A stretch of 64,000 nucleotides of DNA, taken from the NCBI RefSeq assembly GCF_009914755.1, contig NC_060938.1. The stretch is one strand, 5' to 3'. The DNA comes from the human T2T-CHM13v2.0 reference genome, Homo sapiens. Shown here piece after piece: positions 13,690 through 33,289 of this stretch (the first letter of the stretch is position 1; each line of letters starts with the position of its first letter). The notes below the pieces were generated by a model, which ran no database searches, was not told the DNA's origin, and saw only the letters and a program-made list of their open reading frames with translations. The position numbers and the translations under genes are program-made.

Positions 13690-14110
13690 CTTATTCCACT
13701 TCTTGCTTGACCAAATTATTTTTGTGGAATATTTTTGTTTACTTATGATCAAGAGGCACATGGTGTTGATCATTTCTTTTAATGTTTGCAACTCTTCTGT
13801 GGGTGTGGTTGGGTATTAAGAGGATGTGGGGCAGTGGAAGAATTTGTTTTGCTTATACTGTTTCTTTCATTAGAAAAACATTTGTTTTTTAGAAATGCAC
13901 AGATATTTTGTACATTTCAAAGACATGAAAGGTAATCTTTATATTCAGAAAAAGAATATTGGAAAGATATCATAGGCAGCTGTTGCTTTTAAAAATGAAT
14001 TTAAACAATTTGTTGGAGATCCTGGAAATATTTATATTGTGGATGATCTTGCCTCTCACTCAGCAAACTTGAAGTTCAGCTAGTTTTAATTGTGTATTCA
14101 CTTCATTATT
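13690..14110 (-). pseudogene. Orphan hAT dimerisation-domain remnant M8
   Basis: QYKYFQDLQQIV*I..LPMISFQYSFSEYK.. followed by a polar tail and a possible donor taa|gtaaac. Match is weaker than for the other modules. Confidence 0.4.
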
Positions 14111-14114
14111 CAGT

Positions 14115-14920
14115 TGTCTATAAAATACTATACCATATATATTTACTATAACCAGCACAAATGTACAGTGTAAAATTTGATAAATTTTGACATAGGTATG
14201 CACCCATGAAACCATCACCGTAATTGATATATAGTCAACCCTCAGTATTTGTGAGGGATTGTTTCCAGGACCTCCTGCATACCAAAATCTGTGGATGCTC
14301 AAGTCCTTGGCATAGAACTTGGCATAGTCTTTGCCTACAACCTAACTCATATCCACTTCTATACCTCAAATCATCTCCAGATTACTTATAATACCTAATA
14401 CAATGCAAATGCTATATAAATAGCAGTATTTATACTGTATTGTTTTTCATTTTTATTTTTGTAGTAGTATTGTTATTTTTTCATTTTTTGTAAGTATTTT
14501 CAATCTGTGATTGGTTGAATCACAGATGTGGAACCTGGGGATATGGAAGGCTGACTATAGTAAATATATCTATCATGACCACCTCCAAATTTGCTCATGC
14601 CCCTTTGTAAGCCCGTCCTCTTAATCATTACCCACACTGCTTGAGGCAACAACTGATCTGTTTCCTGTTACTATATATTAGTTTGCATTTTAAGTATTTT
14701 ATACAAATAACCATACAGTATGTGTCTTTTTTTTCATTTGGCTTGTTTCATTCAGCATAAATATTTTGAGATTCATCTCTATTGTTCTTTTTATCATTTT
14801 ATTCATTTCTCTCTATAGGTAAATGATTTTCCATTGCACAGATATTGCTACAGTTTATCCATTTACTGTTCAATGGACATTTGCATTGTTTCCAGTTCTC
14901 AGCTATTATGAATAAAGCTT
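14115..14920 (-). mobile_element. Old L1M (L1MC/L1ME) 3' end
   Basis: Typical L1M 3'UTR (aattttgacata..cacccatgaaaccatcacc, ggcaacaactgatctg, ttgagattcatc). Confidence 0.75.
14232..14557 (+). mobile_element. MER2 (Tigger-type MITE)
   Basis: TIRs tagtcaaccctc / gaaggctgacta with TA flanks. Confidence 0.85.
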
Positions 14921-15690
14921 TGCTGAAGAAAAATACTTTAGACAAGTTAAATTTAATAGAGTTTAATTGAGCAAAGAAAAATTAATGAATGAATCATGCA
15001 GCTCTTAGAACCAGAACAGATTCTAAGAACTCTGGCCTGCCATGTGGTTGTGCAGCATTTATGGACAGAAAACAGAAGTGAGATACAGAGACAGTTTAGT
15101 TGGTGTTTTGCGTTATTTGAATCAGTTAGTCTCTTGTGATTGACTGAAGCTCAGCTACTGTAATTGACTGAGACTCAGCCATTTGATCTAAGGGTATTGT
15201 ATGAGTCCATTCTCACATTGCTATACAGAACTACCTGAGACTGGGTAGTTTATCAAGAAAAGAGATTTAATTGACTCACAGTTCCATAGGCTGTGCAGGT
15301 GGCATGGCTGGGGAGGTCTCAGGAAACTTACAATCATGGCAGAAGGTGAAGGGGAAGCAAGCACATCTTACCATGGTGACAGGAGAGAGTGAAGAGGGAA
15401 GTGCTATACACATTCAAACAACCAGATCTCATGAGCACTCACTGGCTTTCACAAGAACAACAAGGGAGAACTCTGCCCCCTTAATCCAATCAACTCTAAC
15501 CAGGCCCTTCCTCCAACATGTGGGGCTTACAATTCAGTATGAGATTTGGGTGGGGATACAGAACAAAACCATATCAAGTATACTTCTAAATTAGACCTTC
15601 AGTTCATTTATGTATTTATTAGGTTGCAGTTCATTACATAAGGACTTGAGTATGGAGGCATTCTCAGGCCAAATTTAGTTTAGTTTAATG
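14921..15690 (-). mobile_element. MER31-like ERV1 LTR, split by MSTA
   Basis: gagtttaattgagcaaag..catttatggacagaaa..gtgattgactgaagctc. Resumes after 15576. Confidence 0.65.
15198..15576 (-). mobile_element. MSTA-like MaLR LTR
   Basis: tgtat..ccattctcacattgctata..aaaaccatatca. TSD GGTAT/AGTAT. Confidence 0.85.
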
Positions 15691-17548
15691 TCTTCTATCA
15701 ATGGGATTTTGGGAGGAAGACCACTGGAGTGTGACAGTCATCACATCATATCACATCATATCAAGGGTACATACTGTCAATAGGCCTTATCAACGTTGAT
15801 AACCTGGTTCATCACCTAACCTTCATCACCTGGTTAGGTAGTGTTTTCCAGGTTTCTTCATTATAAAGTTTCTCTCCCCCATCCCTTTTCATATTTGTAA
15901 TGTGCTCTTTGGAAGGAAGTCATTATGCAAGGCCACATTTAAAGAGTAGGGAGTTATGCTCCACCTTCTTGAGTATCGGCATAAGTTATTTTAAATTCTT
16001 CTGCATGGGAAATTTGTCCATTCTCCCAGGTTATTTATTTATTCAGTGGCTTATATTCATACAGATTTGTGGGCACTCATGAGGTTTTTTTGTACTTTGG
16101 ATTATAACCTAATATTAAATTTTTGCTTGAATTGTTCCAGCTTTGTTCCTGTTCTGTTGCTTAGAGTTTTATTGGGAGCTCTTTCAGTTGGCTCCTGGAT
16201 CCCTTTGACATATGCCCATCATTGTGGTGTCTTTTTTTTTTAAACACCTTCTTACTTTGGCACTACAAGATGCTCCAGGTATGTCTTGTATATTTCCTGC
16301 CCTAACCCCAGAATCAGTCATTTATCCCAGGACCCCTGGCTCCTTTTTGTTGGATGATAGTATTTAAAACCAAGATTTGGGCACTGGATGTGTTTTTTGC
16401 TACTAGGCCCTCTCAGCAGTTAGAACAAAGAGATGTATTCTAACCTATGTATATAAACTTATCTAAAAGTACTTCCATGTGTAACCAACCTTATGTATAT
16501 TAAGTTAGACATGAGCTCATGCCAATGCTCCCAACTCTTTGTCTTGCTTATCTGTAACTTCCCACACTCACTACCTGCCATCCATCGACTTAATTATTCA
16601 GTTTTGGTGTGTACATATGGTGCTTTCAGAATTGTTAACCTAAAATTCAATGGGAAACAGCTTTTATCAACTAGACTACAGTGCTCATGAGCAGTTCCTA
16701 TTGCCTTTATTCTTACAGACTCCATTAATTTCCAAAATTTCTTAGGTCTGAAACTAATTTCCCCCACCCAATTCTGTGAGATTGTTTCATGCATGTATAA
16801 TACATTTAGTTATTTTTTATATCCCACATTCTCTGCTGGGATCCTCCTAAGTGATTTTTAAAAAAATTTCATACATTGAAGTGTATCTTTTTTGCTTTAA
16901 GTTTCTTTGGAATTTGAAAAATAATTAATGTCTTGTATTCACAATTACAGTATCATACAGAATAATTTCCATACCTAAAAAAATCATCTGTGCTTCTCCT
17001 ATTCAATCATTTACCTCACCCTCTGCATCCCTGGAAACTACTCATCTGTTTACCATTTCTATACCTTTTCCAGGCTGTCATAGAATTGGAATCAGTTAGT
17101 AGAGAGCTTTGTCAGAGTGGCTTCTTTCACTTAGCAATATACATTTAAGATTCATTCCACTTTTTATGGCTTGATAGCTCATTTCTTTTTATTACTGAAT
17201 AACATGCTATTGTATGCATGAACCATGGTTTATTTACCTATCGAAGGGCTTTTTGTTTGCTTCCAGATTTTGGTGATTATAAATAAAGTAGCTATAAACA
17301 TTCACAAGCAGTTTTTACATGAACATAGTTCTTAAATCAATTGGGAATATACCTAGAAGCTTGATTGCTGGATTGTATGGTAAGACTCTGTTTAGTTTTA
17401 TAAGAAATGGCCAAACTGTCTTCCAAAGTGACAGTGATGTCATCTGTGAATAGAGTTAGTTTTATTTCTTTCCAATTGGCATATATTTTTCTTTTTCTTG
17501 TTTTATTGCACTAGCTAGTATTTGTAGTACAACATTGAATTTGAGTGG

Positions 17549-17905
17549 TGTATTAGTCCATTTTCACACTGCTAATAAAGACATAGCTAAGACTGGGTAA
17601 TTTATAAAGAAAAGGAGGTTTAATGGACTCAGAGTTCCACATGGCTGGGGTGGCCTTACAATCATGGTGAAAGACTAATGAGGAGCAAAGTCACGTCTTA
17701 CATGGCAGCAGGCAAGAGAACTTGTGCACAGGGACTCCCATTTATATAACCATGAGATCTTGTGAGACTTATTTACCACCATGAGAACAGTATGGGGGAA
17801 ACCATCCCCATGATTCAATTATCTCCACCTGGCCCTGCCCTTGACACATGGGGATTACTACAATTTAAGGTGACATTTGAGTGGGGACACAGCCAAACCA
17901 CATCA
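17549..17905 (-). mobile_element. THE1C-like MaLR LTR
   Basis: Full 357-bp LTR with perfect TSD AGTGG. Confidence 0.9.
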
Positions 17906-18166
17906 AGTGGTGAGAAAGGAATCTTCACCTTGTTTCCAGGCTTGAGGTGCAAGTAAAAAGCATTTCACTCCCCATTAACTATTACGTTAACTTAGGGGTT
18001 TCTTGGTAGATGTTCTTTATCAAGTTGATAAATTTTCCCTTTATTTGTAGTTTGCTGATTTTTTAAAAAATCACGATTGGGTGGTATATGTTGTCATATG
18101 CTTTTTCTGTGTTAACTGGCATGATCATATGATTTTCTATCTGTAACCTGTTGATGTGTTAGATTA

Positions 18167-21100
18167 TGTAAACCAAAAAGTATCTGAGCTAGGTCTCAGC
18201 CAATTTAGAAGTTCATTTTGCCAGGATTAAGGACATGCCTGTGACACAGCCTTAGTGGGTCCCAAGGAAAAATGCCCAAGGTGGTCAGCATACAGCTGGG
18301 TTTGATACATTTTAAGGAGACGTAAGACATCAACCAATACATGTAAGATTTCTACCAGTTCAGTCTGGAAAGATGGGAAAACTTGAAATAGGGGGGTGGG
18401 GGGGCTTCCAGGTCATAGGTGGATTCAGATTTTCTGATTGGCAATTTGTTGAAAGAGTTTATTTAAAGACATAGAATTGAGGAGAGGGGCAAGATGGCTG
18501 ACTAGATGTAGCCAGGTGGAACAGCTCTCACAGAGGGACTGAGACAACTCATGTGCTTTTAACACATCTTCAGAGGAAAGATGCCAAGAGTGGATAGAAG
18601 GAAGACACAGAAGCTGGGCTGAAGGAGGAGAAAGCGTGGAACCCTGCATGGGACTACCATGCACCAGGACTCATTTTTGGGCCACAACAGCTCCAAGGGA
18701 ATGGATGAGTTGAACTGGCAAAGAGCAACCCACTCTTACCATGGGACTCTGGAAGCCTGGCAGGAGGAGACTCCTTGACAATCGTGGACACTCAAGTTGG
18801 CAGGGAGAGCTGCTTAGAGAAGTGGTAGGGACAGCAAGCCAACTGATGTGGAGCCCAGATGGTTTAAAGTGGGAGCAATGGTAGTGGAGCATGGCTAGGT
18901 ACAGCCACCCCTGTGGGCTCAACTTGCTCCATTGGAGACTCTAGCCCTAGGGGAACTGTCAGATCTGAACTCTGAAGGGTGGCCTTGCCCATCAGACAGG
19001 GCTGGTCTGACCTGAGCAATCCTTCGTCTGTTGGCATCTCCTGGGGCCCCAGCCTGGCCACACCTGCTTATACGGTAGTCTCGGGTGCCCTGGGGGGCTG
19101 TACCATAGCTTCTGTACTGGCAGACCATGCCTGACTGGTGAGGAGCTCCAGTGAGGCAGCCCCTATAGCCATTCACCAGCCCGCATGCTTCCTCCCCATA
19201 CTGCAGCTTCCCCTAGGCCCATGACAACTCCCTACATCACTTTGCTGGCTTGTGTCTACATGGGAAGGTTTTGCTCTCCTTGCTCCATCAGTGTGTGGGA
19301 GTGCAGTAGCCCTCTCTCCCACAACCAACCACCTTTGCAGATAGACCCTTGGTGGGCACAGTGCTAGCAAACCCCATCCCCACCAATGCCCCACCCTTGC
19401 ACTAACACTGCACAGAGAACAGCAGATTCTCCCCCACACTAAGCAATCACTCCTGCTTGTGGGGCACAAAGAAGGCACCCAGACCTGTGGCTGCCGGCAC
19501 CCCACCTTGAGCCAACACCATCTCCAGTGTGATCATGCACACAGTCTCCAGCAGAGGCCCCCCCTACTCACCACCAGCTATGTTGCCTCTGCCACTGTGG
19601 TGAATGCCCACAGTGAGGGAGTCACCCCAGTACCCACTAGCACTCTGCCACAACTGCCTCACCTCAGTGTCCCCAGCACAGTGTATTCCAAACCTTGAGG
19701 AGGCAGAAAACAAAGTCGGGGCTCAATACAAGTCTCCAGAGTTAGAGCACACAGTCCAGGAGTTGGGAGCTGAAGATTGGGCCTATAAAATCTTCCAGAA
19801 ATAAATGCAGTCAGCTGAATCCACCTTATACAACAATCAAACCCTCAAGGCTATCAAATAGGATAAAAGAAAAAAAAATCCATCCAAAGGTCAGCAACCT
19901 TAAAGATTGAAGGTAGATAAGCCCACAAAGACACACAGTCATCAGATTTTCCAAGGTCAAAATGAAAGAAAAAAATGTTAAAGGCAGCTAGAAAGAAAGG
20001 TCAGGTCACCTATAATGGAAAACCCATCAGACTAACAGCAGACCTTTCAGCAGAAACCCTACAAGCTGGAAGAGATTAGGGTCCCATATTTGACATTCCT
20101 CAAGAAAAGAAATTTCAACCCAGAATTTCACATCCAGCCAAACATAAGTGAAGGAGTAATATGGTCCTTATGAGACAAGCAAATGCTGAGAAAATTCACT
20201 ATTACCAGACCTGCCTTACAAGAGCTCCTGGAGGAAGCACTAAATATGGAAAGGAAAGACTGTTACCAGCCACTACAAAAACACACTGAAATACACAGAC
20301 CAGTTACACTATAAAGCAACCACATAAACAAGTCTGCAAAATAAGCAACTAACATCATGATGACAGGATCAAATCCACATGTATCTATACTAACGTTAAA
20401 CATAAATGGGCCAAATGCCACCACTAAAATGGCAAGCTGGGTAAAGAACCAAGACCCACTGGTATGCTGTCTTCAAGAGACCCAGCTTGCAAGCAGTGAC
20501 ACACACAGGCTCAACATAAAAGGATGGGGAAAAATCTACCAAGCAAATGGAAAACAGAAAAAAGCAGGGGTTGCAATCCTAGTTTGTGACAAAACAGACT
20601 AAACCAACATAGAAAAGACAAAAATAATAGTGGGAGACTTTAATACCCCACTGATAATATTAAACAGATCACTGAGGCAGAAAATTAACAAAGATATTCG
20701 GGACCTGAAACTGAACCCCTTCCTTACACAATATACAAAAGTTAACTCAAGATGGATTAGAGACTTAAATGTAAAACCCAAAACTATAAAAACCCTAGGC
20801 AAAAATTGACAAATGGGTTCTAATTAAACTAAGGAGCTTCTGTACAATAAAGGAAACTATCAGCAGAGTGAACAGACAACCTACAGAATGGGAGAAAATT
20901 TTTGCAAACTATACAGCTGACAAAGGTCTAATATCCAGCATCTGTAAGGAACTTGACAAATTTACAAGAAAAAACCCAAACAACTCCATTAAAAAGAGGA
21001 CAAAATACATGAACAGACACTTTCCAAAAAGGACATGTGTGGCCAAAAAACATATGAAAAAAGGTCAATATTACTGATCATTAGAGAAATGTAAGTCAAC

Positions 21101-22390
21101 ACCACAATGAGATACCATCTCACATGAGTCAGAATGGCTATTATAAAAAGTAAAAACAGATCCTGGTGAAGTTGTGAAGAAAAGGGAACACTTATACACT
21201 GTCAGTGAGGGGTATAAATTAGTTCAACCATTGTGGAAGACAGTGTTGTGGTTTCTTAAAGACCTAAAAACAGAAAAACCATTGAACCTAGCAATCCCAT
21301 TATTGGGTATATATGCAAAGGAATATAAATTATTCTATTATAAAGAAACATGCACACATATGTTCACTGCAACACTATTCACAATAGCAAAGACATGGAA
21401 TCAACTTAAATGCCCATCAATGATAGACTGGATAAAGAAAATGTGGTACATATATACCATGGAATACTATGCAGCCTTAAAAAAGAATGAGATCATGTCC
21501 TTTGCATGGACATGCATGGAGCTGGAGGCCCTTATCCTTAGCAAACTAACACGGGAAACCAAATACCACATGTTCTCACTTATAAATGGCAGCTAAATGA
21601 TGAGCACACATGGATACATATAGGGGAACAGCATACAGGGGCTAATTGGAGGGTGGATAGTGGAATCAGTGAAAGGTTCAGGAAAAATAACTAATGGGTA
21701 ATATGCATAATACCTGGGCGATGAAATAATCTGCACAACAAACCCCCATGATACAAGTTTACCTATACGACAAAACTGTACATGTACCCCTGAACTTAAA
21801 AGTTTTTTTTTTTTTAAACCTGGTATCCATAAAAGGGAGTGTCTGGGTTAAGATAAGGAGTTGTGGAGGCCAAGGTTCTTTTTACGCAGATAAAGCCTCC
21901 AGGTAGCAGGCTTCAGAGACAAAAGATTGTAAATATTTCTTATCAGAGTTAAAAAGGTACCAGACTCTTAGTTAATTCTCCTAGATCCGGGAAAAGATCT
22001 GGAAAGGGAAGGGGATTCTCTACAGAATGAATACTTTTCCCACAAGAGATAGCTTTGCAGGACCATTTAAAAATATGTCAAAGAAATACATTTTAAGGCA
22101 AAATGCTTTGATTTCTTTCAGGGCTTTCTATCTGTCATGTGATGCCATACTAGAGTCAGGCTGGAATTTGGTGTTTTCTTGCAACAAAAAGCATTAAACG
22201 CTCCATTTTAATGTTAATACTTGTCAGTTGCACCTGAATTCCAAATGGAGAGTGTATAATGATGCCTGTCCAAGCGCCCGCTTACCATCATGGCTGAACT
22301 AGTTTTTCAGGTTAACTTTGGAATGCCCTTGGCTGAGTGGAGGGGTCCGTGTAGATGGTTCAGAGGCTTAGAATTTTATTTTTAGTTACA
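18167..22390 (-). mobile_element. MER4 (D/E-like) solo LTR split by an L1
   Basis: Left part 18167-18480 and right part 21816-22390. TGT/ACA ends, TSD ATTA/ATTG. Confidence 0.8.
18481..21815 (+). mobile_element. L1PA13-16-like element with both ends but multiple internal deletions (3.3 kb)
   Basis: Full 5'UTR start gaggggcaagatggc, partial ORF1, ORF2 N-terminus (20357-20602), ORF2 C-terminus (20868-21596) and 3'UTR. Confidence 0.85.
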
Positions 22391-23718
22391 ATTGTATTGA
22401 TTGATTTTCAAGGGTTAAACTAGCCTTGCTTACTTAGAATACACCCCAGTTGATCATGGTGTATAATTCTTTTTCTACACTGTCAGATCTTATTTGATAA
22501 TATTTTATCCAGGATTTTCCTATTTGTATTCATGAGAGATATTGGTTTGTAGTTTTTGTTTCTTGTAATATCTTTATCTGCTTTTGATGGTGGGGTAGTG
22601 TTGGCTTCATGGAATGAGTTAAGAAGTGTGCCCTCTGCTTCTATTTTCTTGAGAAGATGAGTATCATATCTGAATCTGGGTCTGATGCTTGCTCTATCTC
22701 CTTAGAGCTTTATTTTGCCTTTTGGTATGCCTTACAATTTTTTTTTGTTGAAAGCTGTACATGTTGTGTCAGGTAATAGAAAACAATGTAAATAGACCTG
22801 TTCTGTGAGGATTTATGTTAATTTGGCTTGGATTTGGGCTGTGTTTGCTGTAATTGTAGGTTCCAGCCCCTTCCAATTCCTTCTGTGCCTTTGTTTTGCC
22901 TTCTCCTAATTTGGGCTTCCCTAAGTACTACTCCTCAGAAAGAATCTGAGTCTTGCATCTCTTTTAGCTGTAATCAACTATTATCATACTGGAGCCACAT
23001 TTGTGTGGTGATAGGAGTGGGAGAAGAAACAAATTTTGTAATCTTCCAAAAAAAGTCAGTCTTTTAGTGGGCTTGTGTTTAGGGCCTAAAATCTTCACAA
23101 ATGTTTCCTTTGTATAGCTTCTTCCCTATCCCTTTTAGGTGAAACATGAGGGCTAGAGAGGCTGGAGCTCCAATGCTCTGATAAAATATTTTCCTTTGTA
23201 GAAGACGCCTTTGTTATAAAGAAGGAGGCTCTGAGCATAGTTCACAAGGATTGCTTTTGCCCTTTTTCTGGCAGAGACAAAAGGGGATCTTTTCAATTTT
23301 TTGAAATTGCCATTTAAGCGTTTCTACAATATATGGCTTCTGCTATAGATAGGCAAATTTTGGCCGTGACTCTGAATGTGCTTGTTTCTTCACATTTGAA
23401 GGTGGTAGTGTGGCCTGCAAACTCAGTTTTTTCATGGGCCCAAGAAAACTCATTGGTTTTCAGTTTGTTCAGCTTTTTCTTGTAACAATGGAGTGGAGAA
23501 TTTTAATCTCTTTATGTGTTTTAGCTGAAACTGGAAGTCTACTTCTTAAGATCTATTTATTTTACTCTACTAACTGTTGTTTCTTAATGTCTTACCCATT
23601 TTCCTCTCCTCACCTTCAATTCCCCATTACCATGCATATACACACAATACTTGTCCCTGTATGCCTCTGCAAGAATTTTTCTATTTTTATTTTTATTATC
23701 TAGTAGTTTTATGCTTTA

Positions 23719-29880
<6,162 letters not shown>

Positions 29881-29895
29881 TAGTTTTATGCTTTA

Positions 29896-30650
29896 AATTA
29901 AATCTTTGATTCATCTTGAATTTATTTTGGTAGAAAAAGTGAGATGGTAATCAGTTTTTTTTGTTTTCATCCAAATGCCAGACCATTATTTCAAATGATC
30001 CATCTTTTCCCCACTGACATGAAATGCTGATCTTTTTTATATACTAAATTAAAAAATATATTTCATCATTTTTCAACTCTCAATTTTTTAATTGTTGTGT
30101 CAGTTTACTCCTATATCAGTATCAATTTTTTTCATATAAGTTTCACAGCTTGGTAAATTACTAATAAACACTTTTTAAAAAAATGGTAATACATTAATTG
30201 CATATGTTATTTTAAGGATAATTGATCTTTATAATATTTATTTTGCCTCTCCAAGAATAGGTATATCTTTTTATTTATTCTAAATTTTCTTCCACAAACT
30301 TCTTAATTTATTGTAAATATATTATCTCTTAATTGAATTTCCTTGCCAGTTATCATTTGCATATAGGAAAGCATAAAGGATATCATTTGCATATAGGAAA
30401 GCATTTTGGTAAATGTATTTTGTACCCATGATTTTACTGAATTATCTCATTGTGTATAATCATTTTTTAGTTGTCTTTCTTGGGTTTATGGTTAAATAAT
30501 CACATCATTTTCAAATAATGATAATTTTGCCTTTTCCTTTCTATTTTTTTGTGTCATTTATTTGTTGTCTAATGATAATGACCAATATTTTTAGAATAAT
30601 ATTAGCTTGTTTTATTATAATAGACTTTTAAAACCATATTTATCATTGCC
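29896..30650 (-). mobile_element. Highly degraded L1M ORF2 fragment
   Basis: aaatctttgattcatcttgaatttatttt.., ccatcttttccccactga, tcacatcattttcaaataatgataatttt. Confidence 0.55.
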
Positions 30651-30729
30651 TTGATAGAATATGAAGTCCTTGAGGTACAGACTTTTACTATCTTTAATCT
30701 GTAACATAATATAGGCATAAAACAGGTAA

Positions 30730-32910
30730 TCAATTGGTAATTGTTAAATGATCCAGCCAGGGTAAGGTAGACTAGGCTGAGCTTAAGTGAGTAGATATGT
30801 ACTCCACCCAGGTGAATCAGCCTAGGTAAATTGAGTATCCTCTAATGTCACAGGGATAGCAAAAGTGACTCTTCATCAGACCTATAAGTCTGGTGTGAGT
30901 CCCATAGCTAGAACCTGTGATTTTGAACACCACTGGGTCATCAAACAGCTGACTCCTTCAACGTCTGTCTCAGATCAGTTGAAGTTATGAAATGCTCCTG
31001 CTCAAGGCCCATTTTTTTAGCCACACATGCCCTGAAAATAGTGATTTTAAAAGACTCTGTACAGAAGAGAAATAGCAAAAGAGAAGTAGAATGGCTTTGT
31101 GGATTCTATGCAGTCATCCTGCAGCCCTCAGGACATCCTCAGAGAAGCAGCAAGGATCCTTCTCTGGCTCCTGAATGGGACTCCAACAGTGGTCCTGTGT
31201 TGGGAATAGGATGATGGAAGGCAGCAGTTTGGCTTCCTGTTGCGGCAAGTCAGGGACCCTGAACGGAGGGACCGGCTGAAGCCATGGCAGAAGAATGTGG
31301 ATTGTGAAGATTTCATGGACATTTATTAGTTCCCCAAATTAATACTTTTATAATTTCTTATGCATGTCTTTACTGCAGTCTCTGAACATAAATTGTGAAG
31401 ATTTCATGGACACTTATCACTTCCCCAATCAATACCCTTGTGATTTCCTATGTCTGTCTTTAATCTCATAATCCTGTCAGCTGAGGAGGATGTATGTCAC
31501 CTCAGGATCCTGTGATAATTGCATTAACTGCACAAATTGTAGAGCATGTGTGTTTGAACACTGTGAAAGCTGGGCACCTTGAAAAAAGAACAAGATAACA
31601 GCAATGTTCAGGGAATAAGAGAGATAACCTTAAATTCTGACCGCTGGTGAGCCGGGCAGAACAGAGCCATATTTCTCTTCTTTCAAAAGCAAATGGGAGA
31701 AATGTCACTGAATTCTTTTTCTCAGCAAGGAACATCCCTGAGAAAGAGAATGCACCCCTGAGGGTGGTTCTCTAAAATGGCCCCCTTGGGTGTGGCCATC
31801 TTCTACAGTCGAAACTGTAGGGATGAAATAAACCCTAGTCTCCCATAGCACTCCCAGGCTTATTAGGAAGAGGAAATTCCTCCTAATAAATTTTGGTCAG
31901 ACTGGTTGCTCTCAAACTCTGTCTCCTGATAAGATGTTATCAGTGACAGTGGTGCCCGAAACTTCATTAGCAATTTTAATTTTGCCCCGGTCCTGTGGTC
32001 CTGTGATCTTGCCTTGCCTCCATTTGCCTTGTGATATTCTATTACCTTGTGAAGCACGTGATCTCTGTGACCCACACCCTATTCATACACTCCCTCCCCT
32101 TTTTAAAGTCCCTAATAAAAACTTGCTGGTTTTGTGGCTTGTGGGGCATCATGGAACCTACCGACATGTGAAGTCTCCCCTGGACACCCAGCTTTAAAAT
32201 TTCTCTCTTTTGTACTCTGTCCCTTTATTCCTCAAACCGGCTGACACTTAGGGAAAATAGAAAAGAACCTACGTGACTATTGGGGCAGGTTCCAAAGGCA
32301 GCAGTTTGGCTTCCCTGTACATAATAAGCATCAGGACTCTTTGAAGTGTGTGTAGGGGCGGACATACCTCAAAGGCAGCTGCGAGAACTCCATCTGTGAG
32401 GCCTACCTAGAACGTGGTGAGGGTAACAGAGCATCAGTAATGGGCAAGATGAAAAAGACAGCTGCTGGTTGGAATGGGTCCAGAGTGAGAAGAGCAACTG
32501 CAGTACATAAACCAAAGACACCTGTATCTTTGGGTTCTGAGCAGGGGCCAAAGTAGGGATGGCTTAATGGGCTTTCAAACATATGAACAGACCTGAGGCC
32601 CATGGCCTTGGCTTGTGGCCCAATGGACAAATGTCTATGGCTTGGTACTAGCTCCTGTAACCCAAATTTGGTGGCTCAAGAATATTGCTCTCCTTTTCAA
32701 CTCTATTCCAGTAAGTCCTTCATCATGCTTTTTTATTTCAGAGAAGATTGCTTCTAATGTTTTCATTAGAAAAATGAATATTATGATGGATTTCCATTTT
32801 CCAATGAGGTTAATTGGCCATGGGCAATAATAATAAGCACTATATCTAGTGGCAAGAAAAGCAGAGGAATGTTGTTCACAAATTGCTGGGGGCAAGCAGA
32901 GATCATGGGC
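30730..32910 (-). pseudogene. Fossil ZNF862-like hAT module M7 (N-terminus missing)
   Basis: MISACPQQFVNNIPLLFLPL..IAH (ORF 32781-33011), LSHQIWVTG (ORF 32635-32895), FVHW, LLRTQRY. After MER11: FRSQRRILAASL, LFSGHVW, RLIGLMKSHFCYP..G*FTWVEYIST..LTITN*LP (cf. LLSKLMAVVVCVP..GFKAMNRIRT). Confidence 0.65.
31238..32293 (+). mobile_element. MER11C-like (HERVK11/HML-8) solo LTR, last bases missing
   Basis: tgttgcgg.aagtcagggaccc start, internal gattgtgaagatttcatggaca repeat, AATAAA. Ends at ggttcc. Confidence 0.9.
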
Positions 32911-33289
32911 TCACTTGAGGAATTGAGGCTTTTGATTAGCTGTGTGACTTGAGGCAATCTCAGTGCCCAGCACTGTATTCTCAAATGGGGTTTGTGCATT
33001 TGTTGTCTCATTCATTCATCCACTCATTTGTTCATGAAATCCTTTTTGAGTGCATATAATATTACATGTAGATCATGTGCATGGGACTGTAGATTCAAAG
33101 ATGAATAGACCATCCTCCAGGCTGGTGTGGATAATGTATTACTTTCCTTTCTTTATACAGAACATAAATGTAATTTTGGTCATAAATCTTTATGAGAATG
33201 ATAAGTGAGCAATAGATCCTCTCTCCAGGAAAAGTCACATGAGCCAAATTTTACATCGGTGCTGCAAAGCTACCTGAAGCATGTCCATA

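Larger units (their letters stand above)
15700..23550 (-). mobile_element. Old L1MD/L1MC element, multiply interrupted
   Basis: L1M 3'UTR (15700-17430) and degenerate ORF2 pieces (17430-18166, 22391-22660) continue collinearly across the THE1 and MER4 insertions. Confidence 0.65.

Noticed and set aside
19925-20800. Deleted L1 as a spliced retrocopy (SpIRE)
   Set aside because: Junctions do not fall at GT..AG in the L1 sequence as I recall it; microhomologies are present instead.
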